Made by a program: the position numbers and the translations under genes. From NCBI GenBank assembly GCA_001189215.1, contig LFCR01000006.1, forward strand, positions 840 through 64,839: 64,000 nt of DNA, in the 5' to 3' direction. Below the pieces are notes generated by a model. The model did not search any database, was not told the origin of the DNA, and worked only from the letters and a program-made list of their open reading frames with translations. The stretch is from Parcubacteria bacterium C7867-008 (GTDB taxonomy: Bacteria; Patescibacteriota; Minisyncoccia; Phycocordibacterales; Phycocordibacteraceae). Of the stretch, positions 19,313-31,542 are shown piece by piece (position 1 is the stretch's first letter; each line of letters opens with the position of its first letter).

Positions 19313-20077
19313 GTGATTTCTCCACTCTTTATCTCATTCATCTTGTTCGTACTTGGGGCGCTCAGCGCTAGTTTTACTGGTGTTGTTGCAGAACGTATAC
19401 ATACGGGACAATCGTGGGTACGAGGAAGATCACGCTGTAATTCATGTGGAACCCTACTTGATGCGCGTGATCTTTTTCCCGTTATATCTTGGTTCCTGTA
19501 TCTGGGACGATGTCGTACCTGCCGTGCACGAGTGCCAATGACGTATGTCGTCACAGAGATTGCACTTGGTACATCATTTGTTCTTGCCTATACTACTATT
19601 GGACTCACATCGGTACTTCCATTCTTTCTCGTTGGTCTGACCGTCTTACTGTTCATAGTTCTCTATGATCTTCGGCATATGGTGGTCCCCACAGGATCAT
19701 CAAACAGTCTCATTGTGCTCTCTCTCATTATCGCGTTTCTTAGTGCGCACAGTAGTAAGGAATTTGGTCTTGTTCTAGTATCTTCTGGCGTAATTGCGCT
19801 CTTCTTTTTCCTTATGCATGTGCTTTCGAAGGGTAGGGCAATGGGGCTTGGAGACGCACCAGTTGCACTCGCACTTTCGCTAATGGTTGGTACATATGCC
19901 TTCGCTGGGGTGATGTTCTCTTTTTGGATTGGTGCGTTGTACGGCATAGTTGTATTGAGTACAAGGCGCGGAGGGCCTAGAATGGGTATAGAGGTTCCAT
20001 TCGTGCCGTTCTTGGCACTTGGCTATCTCCTCGCTTTCTTCTCTACATGGAATCCATTCGCACTCGTTCTCTGGTAG
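19313..20077 (+). CDS. pilD: prepilin peptidase
   Basis: RSRCNSC, GRCRTC, YDLRH, MGLGD, VPFVPFL. Confidence 0.93.
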   Translation: MISPLFISFILFVLGALSASFTGVVAERIHTGQSWVRGRSRCNSCGTLLDARDLFPVISWFLYLGRCRTCRARVPMTYVVTEIALGTSFVLAYTTIGLTSVLPFFLVGLTVLLFIVLYDLRHMVVPTGSSNSLIVLSLIIAFLSAHSSKEFGLVLVSSGVIALFFFLMHVLSKGRAMGLGDAPVALALSLMVGTYAFAGVMFSFWIGALYGIVVLSTRRGGPRMGIEVPFVPFLALGYLLAFFSTWNPFALVLW

Positions 20078-20733
20078 CACATCGGCCCCAAAAGCGACGT
20101 GGCTTTACTCTCGTAGAGCTTCTCGTGTCTCTTTCTATTGTTTTTCTTATCTCTGCCATTGCGATTACCGGACAATCAACCTTCAATCAAGGTATTCTTT
20201 TGAACGATACAGCGTATAGTCTTGCCCTTTCAACACGCCAAGCTCAATCACTTGGCCTTTCAAGTAGGAAGTTTGCAGGGGTGCAGAATGGTGGGTATGG
20301 CATCTATGTTACTAATAATGCACCTATCAACTCGTACATCATCTTTGCCGATATAAATAGTGTTCCAAGCGGCCCATCTTGGTGCACCGCAGTTGCATCA
20401 TCCACACCGGAATCAAAGTCAGGCAACTGTATGTATGATGGATTAGGCGAGACATTTCAGACTTATACCTTAACTCGCGGTTTCACTATCAGTGATTTCT
20501 GCGGGAAGACTCCCACGGGTTTGAAGTGTGCAAGTACTGATGATGTCGCATCGGTACATGCACTTTTCCTCCGTCCCAATACTAGCTCTGTTATCACGGG
20601 TGTATCACCAGGTGGTACTAAGATAGCCTTCTCTTGCCTCCAATTCTCATTACGTGCACCGGGAGGAACAGCCGTGCAAACAGTACGTGTGACACAGGTC
20701 GGTGAGATATCCGTTGGACAAATATGCTCATAA
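20047..20733 (+). CDS. minor pilin (FimT/GspH-like)
   Basis: GFTLVELLVSL. Confidence 0.85.
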   Translation: MESIRTRSLVAHRPQKRRGFTLVELLVSLSIVFLISAIAITGQSTFNQGILLNDTAYSLALSTRQAQSLGLSSRKFAGVQNGGYGIYVTNNAPINSYIIFADINSVPSGPSWCTAVASSTPESKSGNCMYDGLGETFQTYTLTRGFTISDFCGKTPTGLKCASTDDVASVHALFLRPNTSSVITGVSPGGTKIAFSCLQFSLRAPGGTAVQTVRVTQVGEISVGQICS

Positions 20734-20735
20734 CT

Positions 20736-21281
20736 ATGAAATCATCACGCTCAGGTTTTTCCCTTATTGAACTTATCGTTTCGGTAGGTCTGTTTGCAGT
20801 GGTCATGCTTATCTCAACAGGCGCATACCTTTCGTTGGTAAGTCTCGATCGAAAAGCACGAGCAACCAACGATCTGGTGACTAATCTTTCCTTTGCCATA
20901 GATACTATGGAACGATCCCTTCGCACTGGCTCAGACTTTACCTGTACTGGCACTACTCCTGATACAGGCGGTGGTGGTGGAGAAGACTGTAGATACGGAA
21001 GCCACACTATTTCCTTCACCGATGATCTTTCACAATCTGTTACCTATAAACAACTTGAAGGTGCTGTGCAGCAATGTGTTGGGCTTTCGTGTAGCACGCT
21101 TACTGACCCACGTGTAAATGTTTCAGATGTAACGTTCTATGTGCGCGGACAAGGAACAACGGACAGCATACAACCGTGGGTTACCTATAGTGTGAAGGGG
21201 ACCATAACTCCTGATGCTGTAAACGGGCCAATTACATTTACTATTCAGAGCACGGCATCACAGCGTAAAATAGATCTATGA
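20736..21281 (+). CDS. minor pilin (PilW-like)
   Basis: GFSLIELIVSV...MERSLR. Confidence 0.85.
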   Translation: MKSSRSGFSLIELIVSVGLFAVVMLISTGAYLSLVSLDRKARATNDLVTNLSFAIDTMERSLRTGSDFTCTGTTPDTGGGGGEDCRYGSHTISFTDDLSQSVTYKQLEGAVQQCVGLSCSTLTDPRVNVSDVTFYVRGQGTTDSIQPWVTYSVKGTITPDAVNGPITFTIQSTASQRKIDL

Positions 21282-21790
21282 TCAAACCTCGTTCAGGATT
21301 CACGTTGGTTGAAACGCTGGTGGCCATCGCTATCCTAACGATAAGTATTGTTGGCCCGTACTACTCCATCTATAAGGCAGTACAGACCACTTATATCGCA
21401 CGTGACAAACTTATCGCCACGTCACTTGCACAAGAGGGTGTTGAATATGTACGTAACACTCGTGACAGCAACTATCTCTATAATATTGCTAATCCTGGAT
21501 CTCCGGTGAATTGGATGTATACCCTTACTCCATGCAAGGGAATGAAGTGTACTGTTGATGTAACAGGATATCAGCCACCAACAGCATGTGCTACGACCTG
21601 TACGCCACTCAACCTTACTCCCAGCAACCTCTATAGTTACAGTAGCGGTACCGTAACGCGATATACACGCAGTGTAATAATCACTGACGTTACACCTACA
21701 GAGGTAGTCGTAGTAGTAACGGTTAGTTGGAAAAATGCACAGGTAAACAATTCACTAGTTGTTACGGAGCATCTCTATAATTGGCTATGA
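21278..21790 (+). CDS. minor pilin (PilV-like)
   Basis: GFTLVETLVAI, LAQEGVEYVRN, VTVSW. Confidence 0.85.
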   Translation: MIKPRSGFTLVETLVAIAILTISIVGPYYSIYKAVQTTYIARDKLIATSLAQEGVEYVRNTRDSNYLYNIANPGSPVNWMYTLTPCKGMKCTVDVTGYQPPTACATTCTPLNLTPSNLYSYSSGTVTRYTRSVIITDVTPTEVVVVVTVSWKNAQVNNSLVVTEHLYNWL

Positions 21791-22998
21791 TTCGTACTCG
21801 AACACCAAAAGGCTTCACGCTTCTCATAGCAATTATTCTTTCAACCGTTGTTCTCTCGGTCGGCCTCTCATTGCTTGATGTGGCATATAAGCAAACCATT
21901 CTTGCTTCGACTGCAAAACAATCAGAGCTTGCTTTCTATAATGCAGACTCCGCACTTGAGTGTGCACTGTACTATGATCAGAAATTTAATGCCTTCGATT
22001 ATGACTCTCCTATAGGAGCAGGTGCAATTACCTGCAGCAGTACTCCTGTTACGAACTACACCAGAGATATAAGTGATCCGACAAAACACATCACCATCTT
22101 TGCACTCCCCTGTGCTGATGGAGGTTCCTACGCAACTACCACCATATATAAGTATCCAGGAGGAGCTACTGCACTCTATGCCAATGGTTTCAACACGTGT
22201 AATGCAGCTGACCCCGCACGCATTGAACGCGGCCTCAAAGCTACATATGGTGATCCTGCAGCAGCTCCTGGCCCAGGACCTGGTGGAAGTGCAAGTTATT
22301 TGATCGTAGGTGGCGGTGGTGGCGGTGGTGCAGGTGGCGGTGGTGGTGGCGGAGGCGGACAGGTTAATACCGGCTCACTCGCTCTGACAGGAGGTACTAC
22401 CTATCCGATTGTAGTTGGTACTGGGGGTGTAACGGGTGTTTCTGGTGGTCCTGCAGCAAACGGCACACTCAGTTCTGCCTTTTCGGTAACCTCTCTTGGT
22501 GGTCGTGGTGGAAGTCTGGTAGCTAGAGACGGTGGAGCGTCGGGTTCAGGTAATGCAGGTGGAGCAACAGGGCCTATTGGTAGCGGTGCTGGCGGTGGCG
22601 GTCAGGCTAGTGTGGGCCAAGATGGGCCTGTGATGGGTGGCGGTAATGGTGGTACAGGAGTAAATAACGCACTTTCTGGTGTGTCTGTTGGCTATGCAGG
22701 TGGTGGCGGTGGTGGTACCGGGCCGTCTGGTGGTCCGGCAGGATCTGCTACTCACGGCGCTGGCGCTGGCGGTGCAGCGGCAGTAGCAGGTGTTTCTGGA
22801 ACCGCAAATACGGGTGGCGGCGGTGGCGGCGGTGGAGGTAGTTTTGGTTCTGGACCGGGTGGTACTGGAGCCGATGGTGTGGTTATCGTGAGTTACCCAA
22901 CCGGCACTATCATAGGAGCAACAGGAGGCTCTAAAACTACGTCAGGCGGAAATACCATCCACACATTCGTCACAAGTGGCTCTCTCGTAATTCCATAG
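21787..22998 (+). CDS. PilX-like minor pilin with a C-terminal glycine-rich domain
   Basis: GFTLLIAII lacks Glu5, plus AFYNADSALECALY. The glycine-rich domain begins near 22291. Confidence 0.85.
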   Translation: MIRTRTPKGFTLLIAIILSTVVLSVGLSLLDVAYKQTILASTAKQSELAFYNADSALECALYYDQKFNAFDYDSPIGAGAITCSSTPVTNYTRDISDPTKHITIFALPCADGGSYATTTIYKYPGGATALYANGFNTCNAADPARIERGLKATYGDPAAAPGPGPGGSASYLIVGGGGGGGAGGGGGGGGGQVNTGSLALTGGTTYPIVVGTGGVTGVSGGPAANGTLSSAFSVTSLGGRGGSLVARDGGASGSGNAGGATGPIGSGAGGGGQASVGQDGPVMGGGNGGTGVNNALSGVSVGYAGGGGGGTGPSGGPAGSATHGAGAGGAAAVAGVSGTANTGGGGGGGGGSFGSGPGGTGADGVVIVSYPTGTIIGATGGSKTTSGGNTIHTFVTSGSLVIP

Positions 22999-23042
22999 AT
23001 TTGATAATTTCCTCATTCCGTATTTACGCATACAATAGATAG

Positions 23043-25058
<2,016 letters not shown>

Positions 25059-25070
25059 TAGAGTACCCGC

Positions 25071-25367
25071 ATGACCGCGCACGCAACGCCTGACGATGTA
25101 AAGAAGCTGGCTGCTCTTGCACGCCTTACGGTTTCTGAAGAAGAACTCCCAGCCTTTGTTGCTGAATTTGAAGCAATCCTTGGCTATGTGGGGCAGCTTG
25201 AAACACTTGATATTGCTGCAGGTAGCGATATCCTCCCTTATGCAAACACTTTCCGTACCGAGGGAACACCACATGAAAAAGGTGTCTGGACTCCAGATAT
25301 TGTTAAAGCCTTTCCAAATAGGGAAGGTGACGCTCTTTCGGTGAAGCAGATCATTGCGAACGACTAA
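25071..25367 (+). CDS. gatC: Asp/Glu-tRNA amidotransferase subunit C
   Basis: VKKLAALARL...ILGYVGQL; directly upstream of gatA. Confidence 0.85.
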   Translation: MTAHATPDDVKKLAALARLTVSEEELPAFVAEFEAILGYVGQLETLDIAAGSDILPYANTFRTEGTPHEKGVWTPDIVKAFPNREGDALSVKQIIAND

Positions 25368-25368
25368 T

Positions 25369-26787
25369 ATGGAATCAAATCTCGCCTCACTAACTATCAC
25401 AGAAGCCGCACGCAAACTCCGTGCAAAGGAGTGCACTGTACGTGAACTTTGGGGCGCCTGCCATGCCGCAGCTAAGACTGATGCAGTACATGCATATCTC
25501 GAAGTATTTGATGCGGATGATGCAGCCATAGATGCTGCCCAGGCACGTATTGATGCAGAAGGAGAAAACGCCTCGGTACTGTGTGGCATTCCATTGGCTA
25601 TCAAAGACAACATCCTTATTAAGGGAAAGGTTGCGAGTGCTGCATCCGAGATGCTTGAACATTATGAAGCTACGTATGATGCAACCGCTATCAAGAAACT
25701 ACGCAATGCAGGTGCACTCTTTCTTGGACGCACAAACATGGATGAGTTTGCACTCGGAGGTTCTACGGAGAACTCTGCATTTGGTCCAACAACGAACCCT
25801 CATGATACTGATCGAGTAGCAGGAGGAACATCAGGAGGTTCAGCTGCAGCAGTTGCTGCACATACCGCTATCGCTTCCCTTGGTTCAGATACGGGAGGTT
25901 CAGTTCGTAACCCCGCTAGCTACTGCGGCGTTGTGGGGTTCAAACCAACATACGGAAGTATTTCTCGTTCCGGTCTCATTGCTGCGGCATCTTCGTTTGA
26001 TCAGATTGGTCCAATTACGAAAACAGTTGCAGATGCAAAAGCACTCTTTGATGTACTAAGGGGAACTGATGTACTTGATTCCAGCACCGCGCCAGAAGGA
26101 AGTTACCCTGAGTTCACTCACGAAGTGAAGACTATTGGGGTGCCACGAAGTCTCCTTGAACAGGGACTTGATCCTTACGTAGTGCAGGCATTTAATACTG
26201 CGCTTGAAGCCACAGGCTGCAAGATAGTTGATATTGAGATTCCCTCCAACAAGCCAGCACTTGCTGCGTACTACATCATTAACTTCGCCGAGGTCTCTAC
26301 AAATCTCTCCCGCCTTGACGGTATTCGATATGGACACGCAGCACGTGGAGAAACTCTTCTAGACGATTATCTTCTTTCGCGCACTGAAGGATTTGGGAAA
26401 GAAACAAAGCGTCGTATCCTTCTCGGTACTTTTGTACTATCTGCAGGATATATTGATGCTTACTATCGAAAGGCAGTAGCTGCACGCAGCGCACTCATCC
26501 GTGAGTTTGATGAGGCATTTAAGACGGTGGACGTTATCGCAACACCAACTATGCCAACGCCAGCATTCAAGATAGGGGAGAAGTCCGATCCGCTATCGCT
26601 CTATCTCGAAGATGTGTTCACTGTCACAGCGAATCTTACGGGCATGCCTGCTATTTCTGTACCGATGGGAACCGTTGATCGCGAAGGTACCAAGCTTCCA
26701 ATAGGCATACAGTTCACCGCACCACGTGGTGCTGATGAACGCGTGTTTACAATCGCTGCTGCAGTTACCGGAGAGCAGCTATACTAA
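25369..26787 (+). CDS. gatA: Asp/Glu-tRNA amidotransferase subunit A
   Basis: IKDN, NMDEF, GGTSGGSAAAV, GSDTGGSVR, KPTYG, RRILLGT. Confidence 0.96.
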   Translation: MESNLASLTITEAARKLRAKECTVRELWGACHAAAKTDAVHAYLEVFDADDAAIDAAQARIDAEGENASVLCGIPLAIKDNILIKGKVASAASEMLEHYEATYDATAIKKLRNAGALFLGRTNMDEFALGGSTENSAFGPTTNPHDTDRVAGGTSGGSAAAVAAHTAIASLGSDTGGSVRNPASYCGVVGFKPTYGSISRSGLIAAASSFDQIGPITKTVADAKALFDVLRGTDVLDSSTAPEGSYPEFTHEVKTIGVPRSLLEQGLDPYVVQAFNTALEATGCKIVDIEIPSNKPALAAYYIINFAEVSTNLSRLDGIRYGHAARGETLLDDYLLSRTEGFGKETKRRILLGTFVLSAGYIDAYYRKAVAARSALIREFDEAFKTVDVIATPTMPTPAFKIGEKSDPLSLYLEDVFTVTANLTGMPAISVPMGTVDREGTKLPIGIQFTAPRGADERVFTIAAAVTGEQLY

Positions 26788-26791
26788 GTGC

Positions 26792-27403
26792 ATGGAGAGC
26801 ACTGGACCATCCGTCCATTTCATTAACGTTGAGTATTTCTTTCGCCTACTCTATGACCTTATCTTTGGTACCCATACGGTATCGGGAGTAACGGTTAGTG
26901 CTGGCAATCTCGGTGGTCTTGTTGCTCTTGCCGGGCAGATCTGGTTGTTTGTGAGCATCATTTCCTGGATCGCCGTATTTGCTGCCTGTTGGGCACTTGT
27001 CTACTACACCACCCGGTACTGGCAGGTATTAGCAGAGGATGATGAGCGATACAAGACTGTACCTGAGGCGCAGGAGCACATGGAGGTGGAGCGTTCTCGT
27101 TGGGAATATATTAAACAGCAGATTGAAAGTGCTCAGGAAAGTGACTGGCGCCAGGCAATTATCGAAGCAGACATCATGATGGATGAGATGCTCATTCGTA
27201 ATGGGTATCCGGGAGAGACGCTCGGTGAACGTCTTAAGGCGGGCAACCCTGCTCGGTTCACCACACTCAAGAATGCCTGGGATGCACATAGAGTACGTAA
27301 TGAGATTGCTCATGCAGGTTCTGCGTATCAGCTCACTAATCACATCGCATATCGCACGATCCAGAACTACGAAGCGGTATTTAGAGAGTTTAACGAAATC
27401 TAA
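26792..27403 (+). CDS. conserved hypothetical membrane protein
   Basis: TM, then AIIEADIMMD...GETLGERLK...AWDAHRVRNEIAH. TATACT 6 nt before the ATG. Confidence 0.8.
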   Translation: MESTGPSVHFINVEYFFRLLYDLIFGTHTVSGVTVSAGNLGGLVALAGQIWLFVSIISWIAVFAACWALVYYTTRYWQVLAEDDERYKTVPEAQEHMEVERSRWEYIKQQIESAQESDWRQAIIEADIMMDEMLIRNGYPGETLGERLKAGNPARFTTLKNAWDAHRVRNEIAHAGSAYQLTNHIAYRTIQNYEAVFREFNEI

Positions 27404-27474
27404 GTCACTCTTGCGTATTCAATAAAACGCCGTAGAATAGGGCGATAACGGTGCCGTGGCAACGTTTTACTAAT

Positions 27475-27545
27475 AGCGGGGTAGAGGAGTGGTACCTCGG
27501 GAGGCTCATAACCTCCAGACGCCGGTTCAATTCCGGCCCCCGCAA
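27475..27545 (+). tRNA. tRNA-Met(CAT), initiator-type
   Basis: AGCGGGG/CCCCGCA acceptor with a 1:72 mismatch, A11:U24, GGAGG-CTCATAA-CCTCC and GCCGG-TTCAATT-CCGGC. CCA is not encoded. Confidence 0.93.
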
Positions 27546-27583
27546 CACGATTGAGGATTATTGCTGATGGTATACTGGCTGCT

Positions 27584-28114
27584 ATGAATGAAGGACTAGG
27601 AAACCATTTCAATAGGGCGCCGATAGCTGCATCTCATAAAGAGGAGTCGACAGGATTCTCTGAAGGACAGGGTGCGACTCTTGCTGCTGGAGAATTCGCA
27701 GCCGCTATGGGTCTAGATCAGGGAAAAACCATGCAAGAGATTGCGTTCACGAGCCCAGGAAGTGAGGGGCGTATGAAAGTAGTCGGTAGACTGTTCCGCA
27801 AGGCAGCCTCTGAGCGACCCTATGTTCCTGGAGACGCTATTCACTATCAAAAACTCGTTGTAGGTGCACTCGGTCTCGGCTACACGGCTATACTACCCTG
27901 GCCAGGCAATACATTCGATCCAAATCTTCACAACGATTCGTCGACCGCCATTAAGCAATGGGATCCGGTTACAGGGAAGGCGCTCGAGCCAAAAATATTT
28001 AAAGTCCTTATGCCAGGCATTTCTGGTCCTGAGGGCACGAGTGTCAAAAGCGAAATATCGACAAGTAGTAATAGTGCCAGCTCTCTCGATAGAGCTAGGG
28101 AAAATACTGTGTAG
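27584..28114 (+). CDS. hypothetical protein with a GrpE-like C-terminal segment
   Basis: PGNTFDPNLH...IFKVLMPG resembles the GrpE beta-domain. TATACT 7 nt before the ATG. Confidence 0.55.
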   Translation: MNEGLGNHFNRAPIAASHKEESTGFSEGQGATLAAGEFAAAMGLDQGKTMQEIAFTSPGSEGRMKVVGRLFRKAASERPYVPGDAIHYQKLVVGALGLGYTAILPWPGNTFDPNLHNDSSTAIKQWDPVTGKALEPKIFKVLMPGISGPEGTSVKSEISTSSNSASSLDRARENTV

Positions 28115-28184
28115 GTCCAGGGAGCCTTAGTGTGCTGTAGGATCAAATACTGTGGCAACATTGCCAACAAGTTATACTCACTCC

Positions 28185-28508
28185 ATGAAGTTACGAATAG
28201 TGGTATTGGTCATAATTCTGGGCATACTTCCATTTCTATACTTGAATTATATTCAGGCACCAGTGCCTGCTGATAGAATGAAGGATATGAGCTCCACTGA
28301 GAATGCAAAACAAATAGGAATAGAAACTCTAAAGGTACATGGGTACGATTGGGAGAAGTACGAGCTAGTAAGTGGACCCACTTATTTTCCCGAAGGAACT
28401 GGCTATGTGATGACCTTTGAAATCCCAAAAACTCTCGATACAGCAGTGATCATGAGTGTGGATGCCAACACTGGAAAGGTACTCATTTTTGAACCCAAAG
28501 GCGCTTAA
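28185..28508 (+). CDS. small anchored protein, PepSY-like
   Basis: N-terminal TM, AKQIG, VDANTGKVL. Confidence 0.6.
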   Translation: MKLRIVVLVIILGILPFLYLNYIQAPVPADRMKDMSSTENAKQIGIETLKVHGYDWEKYELVSGPTYFPEGTGYVMTFEIPKTLDTAVIMSVDANTGKVLIFEPKGA

Positions 28509-28567
28509 TTTCGCAGAAAACGACAATATCATCGTAATGTGAAGACAATGATAAACTCTTTTAATAA

Positions 28568-29704
28568 ATGGACTACGTACGGGTACTAGATGAGATATTC
28601 TCACAATTTACAGGCCCGAAGTTTTCAATTCGGTTTTGGAATGGAAAGGAGAATGAATATGGGAATGGATCAGAAAGCGCATTTACATTAGTTATTAATA
28701 GCAAGGCGGTTGTTCGCCGGTTTATAACCCAGGGTGCTATTGGATTTGGTGAATCCTATATGGACGGCAGTCTCCGTGTTGAAGGAGACCTCGAAGCGTA
28801 TCTTCGATTACGACACCAGTTTAAACATGTGCGCCGAACTTGGCGCCTTGTGTGTGCGACTCTTATCGCACTAGTCACAAGTCCCTTTGATCGTAAAAAA
28901 CAAATAGCACAGCATTACGATCTGGGTAATGAGTTCTTTGGCATGATCCTTGATGATGAGACGATGTCGTATTCGGCAGCAAAGTATGAAGGTACAGAAA
29001 CATTAGGTGAAGCACAAAAAAGCAAACTCTCCTATATATCTGATCTACTTACGCTGCCAGAGCATGCAGAGATTCTCGATCTTGGTTCAGGATGGGGAGG
29101 GTTCGCTACATTCGCTGCGAAGAATAAGAAATGGAACATTCTTGGATACACCTTAAGCAACGCACAACTTACGTATTGCCGTGAACTGATGAGGAAAGAG
29201 AAATTAGAAGATAGCGTCACGTTTGAATACCACGACATGTTAGGCCATCTTTCTCAGAAGCAATTCGATGCTGTTGTTGCAATAGAATCTATTGAACATG
29301 TGGGGAAGGGTAGGATAACGCGTTTCCTTACAGAAGTTGCCCAAGTGCTTAAACCAGGTGGATCACTATATATACAAACCACGGGAAGATATATTGCACG
29401 CGATGTTGACCCATGGACTCTTAAGTATGTGTTCCCAGGCGGGTATCTTCCGTCAAAGGATCAGCTTCTTAGCGCAGCTGCAACAGCAGGATTAACCGTG
29501 GAGGTTTTCCAAGATGATACTGAAGACTATATTCGAACTATGACTGCCTGGATTGAGCAGCTTGAGGCACGCCGGTCTGAAATCGAACACATGTTTAATC
29601 CAGCCTTTTATCGTCTCTGGGAACTATGGATGCACGGCGCAAAGGTAGCCTTTGAAGAGAATTCTATGAGTTTGTTCCGTATCTTGCTAAAACGTCCTAT
29701 GTAA
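28568..29704 (+). CDS. cfa: cyclopropane-fatty-acyl-phospholipid synthase family methyltransferase
   Basis: GFGESYMDG, IAQHYDLGNEFF, MSYS, LDLGSGWG, IEHVG, KYVFPGGYLP, FYRLWEL. Confidence 0.92.
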   Translation: MDYVRVLDEIFSQFTGPKFSIRFWNGKENEYGNGSESAFTLVINSKAVVRRFITQGAIGFGESYMDGSLRVEGDLEAYLRLRHQFKHVRRTWRLVCATLIALVTSPFDRKKQIAQHYDLGNEFFGMILDDETMSYSAAKYEGTETLGEAQKSKLSYISDLLTLPEHAEILDLGSGWGGFATFAAKNKKWNILGYTLSNAQLTYCRELMRKEKLEDSVTFEYHDMLGHLSQKQFDAVVAIESIEHVGKGRITRFLTEVAQVLKPGGSLYIQTTGRYIARDVDPWTLKYVFPGGYLPSKDQLLSAAATAGLTVEVFQDDTEDYIRTMTAWIEQLEARRSEIEHMFNPAFYRLWELWMHGAKVAFEENSMSLFRILLKRPM

Positions 29705-29758
29705 TAGGGTGGGGATAGATGAATTCACCTTTCTGTTGCGTAGTATTGTGAAGGTACT

Positions 29759-30844
29759 ATGAACCCACAGGAACCACTGCCATATATCCAGAAAGAACTT
29801 GCTGCTGGCGCTACAAAAGAAACCATTGAAGCCAACCTTCTTACTGAAGGGTGGTCTCCGGAAGTGATACAACAAGCATTCGTCACGATGCAGTCGTTAC
29901 CGACAGCACCACTAAGCACTGTTCCTGCGGAAATAATGCCAAAACCAAAGGAGGTACGGATCTTCGAATGGCTACTCTATGTTGGCTTTTTCTTTGAATT
30001 CCTAGCTAGCATGTCCAAGTACCTAGTACTAGTTGATACTAAAGACTTTGCTTCAACTGGAATTCTGTTTGCAGCTATGCCTGCGGGTATTTGGTTAGTT
30101 GTGCAGATTGCTTTTGCTTCTATAGCAATACGAAAGAAAATAAATTGGATGCGAATAGTAATTCTTATCCTATTTATGATTGGTTCAGTACAGACGATCG
30201 TTTTATTTGCACAAATCCTAATGGGGGGCTACGCGCAACGTACTATTGGTGGGTTAGGGATTGTCTATCCACTACTAGGTATTGCTGCGATCGCGATCCT
30301 TGGCGTTGCATTCCTATATGGTTTTTCAAAGACTTCAAATGATTGGTTTAGGGTCGCGGCTAATGTTCAGTTATTGGTAGGGGGCAAGAATGTGCTTTGG
30401 AAGAAAGGTATTCCACGATTAAACTTGATCCTACTGTTCATTTCCGCACTCTTAGTGTTTGGGCTTGATTTGTACATTCTCGTGTCTAGTGGTGGTGGTT
30501 TCAGTGGTTTCGGAGGACTCCTCCCGTTCTGGCTAGAGATGTTGGCTGCGTTTGTAGTGAATGCCGGCTTTGTACTTTATGAGAATTACAAACTTGCCCC
30601 AGGATTTGAAAAGACAACGTCGCCACTCGACAATCAAATTGCATCTCTAATCTTTATAAGGCATATTGCAGTCCTCCTTAACAGTGTGCCGGTAATACAA
30701 TTGTTCGGTGGTGCAGCAATTGTATTTGGCGGAATACCGTACCTAATATGCTATGTGATTTTTGTTCACAAGCGGAACAAAATTACAGACGCTCAGAATA
30801 GCTTGCTCACTTCTCCCATCACTAACTCAGCACCTGCTACATAA
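29759..30844 (+). CDS. hypothetical polytopic membrane protein
   Basis: N-terminal YIQKELAAG...LLTEGWSPEVI module and about eight TM helices. Confidence 0.7.
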   Translation: MNPQEPLPYIQKELAAGATKETIEANLLTEGWSPEVIQQAFVTMQSLPTAPLSTVPAEIMPKPKEVRIFEWLLYVGFFFEFLASMSKYLVLVDTKDFASTGILFAAMPAGIWLVVQIAFASIAIRKKINWMRIVILILFMIGSVQTIVLFAQILMGGYAQRTIGGLGIVYPLLGIAAIAILGVAFLYGFSKTSNDWFRVAANVQLLVGGKNVLWKKGIPRLNLILLFISALLVFGLDLYILVSSGGGFSGFGGLLPFWLEMLAAFVVNAGFVLYENYKLAPGFEKTTSPLDNQIASLIFIRHIAVLLNSVPVIQLFGGAAIVFGGIPYLICYVIFVHKRNKITDAQNSLLTSPITNSAPAT

Positions 30845-31479
30845 TTAGTAGTGGTGTAAGAAGACAGTAGAGAGGATTCAATTGGTTTGCCATAAGTAAC
30901 CAGTATCTTAGGTCGTACCCGAAAGAATTGCTTGATGGTAATTCCCTCAAGTCCTTTGATTGATACTGGCACTATTTGAGCTCTAGTACTTTGAGAAAGG
31001 TATACAACACCTCCTTTGGGTTTTTGATCCGTTCCTTTCAGTACGATTCCTCCCATAGGGAAAATACCCACGCTTCCGCCACTCTCTAGAATTTGAATAT
31101 GGTGACGAAGTGCCTCTTCGTAATTATGTAAACCAGTGTATGCGGGATATGCACCAAGCATCTTAAACAACAGTCCACCATATACTAGATTACGTAGACC
31201 TTTCCCGTACTGTCCCTTCACTCGTGATACGTAAAAGAGAGGGAGATGTCGTGAGAAGAAGGGAATGCTAGCAACAATAAGTAACGGATCCAGTTCCGAG
31301 ACATGATTACTGGCAATGATTATTGGCCCTTTTGAGATTTGTAGATTCTCGATGCCTTTGACCTGTAGAGAACCAAACCATGAGAATAGTATCCGGAGCG
31401 GAAGCCAGGCAATACGCTGTAATAAGCTCGGGAAGAAGCTTTTTGGCTTTGGTTCTGGACCGGTTGTGCACAACACCAT
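30793..31479 (-). CDS. plsC: 1-acyl-sn-glycerol-3-phosphate acyltransferase family
   Basis: IIASNHVSELDP (NHxxxxD), GIFPMG, IVPVSI. Confidence 0.85.
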   Translation of the reverse strand: MVLCTTGPEPKPKSFFPSLLQRIAWLPLRILFSWFGSLQVKGIENLQISKGPIIIASNHVSELDPLLIVASIPFFSRHLPLFYVSRVKGQYGKGLRNLVYGGLLFKMLGAYPAYTGLHNYEEALRHHIQILESGGSVGIFPMGGIVLKGTDQKPKGGVVYLSQSTRAQIVPVSIKGLEGITIKQFFRVRPKILVTYGKPIESSLLSSYTTTNYVAGAELVMGEVSKLF

Positions 31480-31542
31480 ATTGCAGATAATACTACCGTA
31501 TAATCTTTACATAGTGCATTTTTTATTTAATAAATTTCCCGT

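Noticed and set aside
27400-27612. 70-aa minus-strand ORF
   Set aside because: It is antisense to tRNA-Met.
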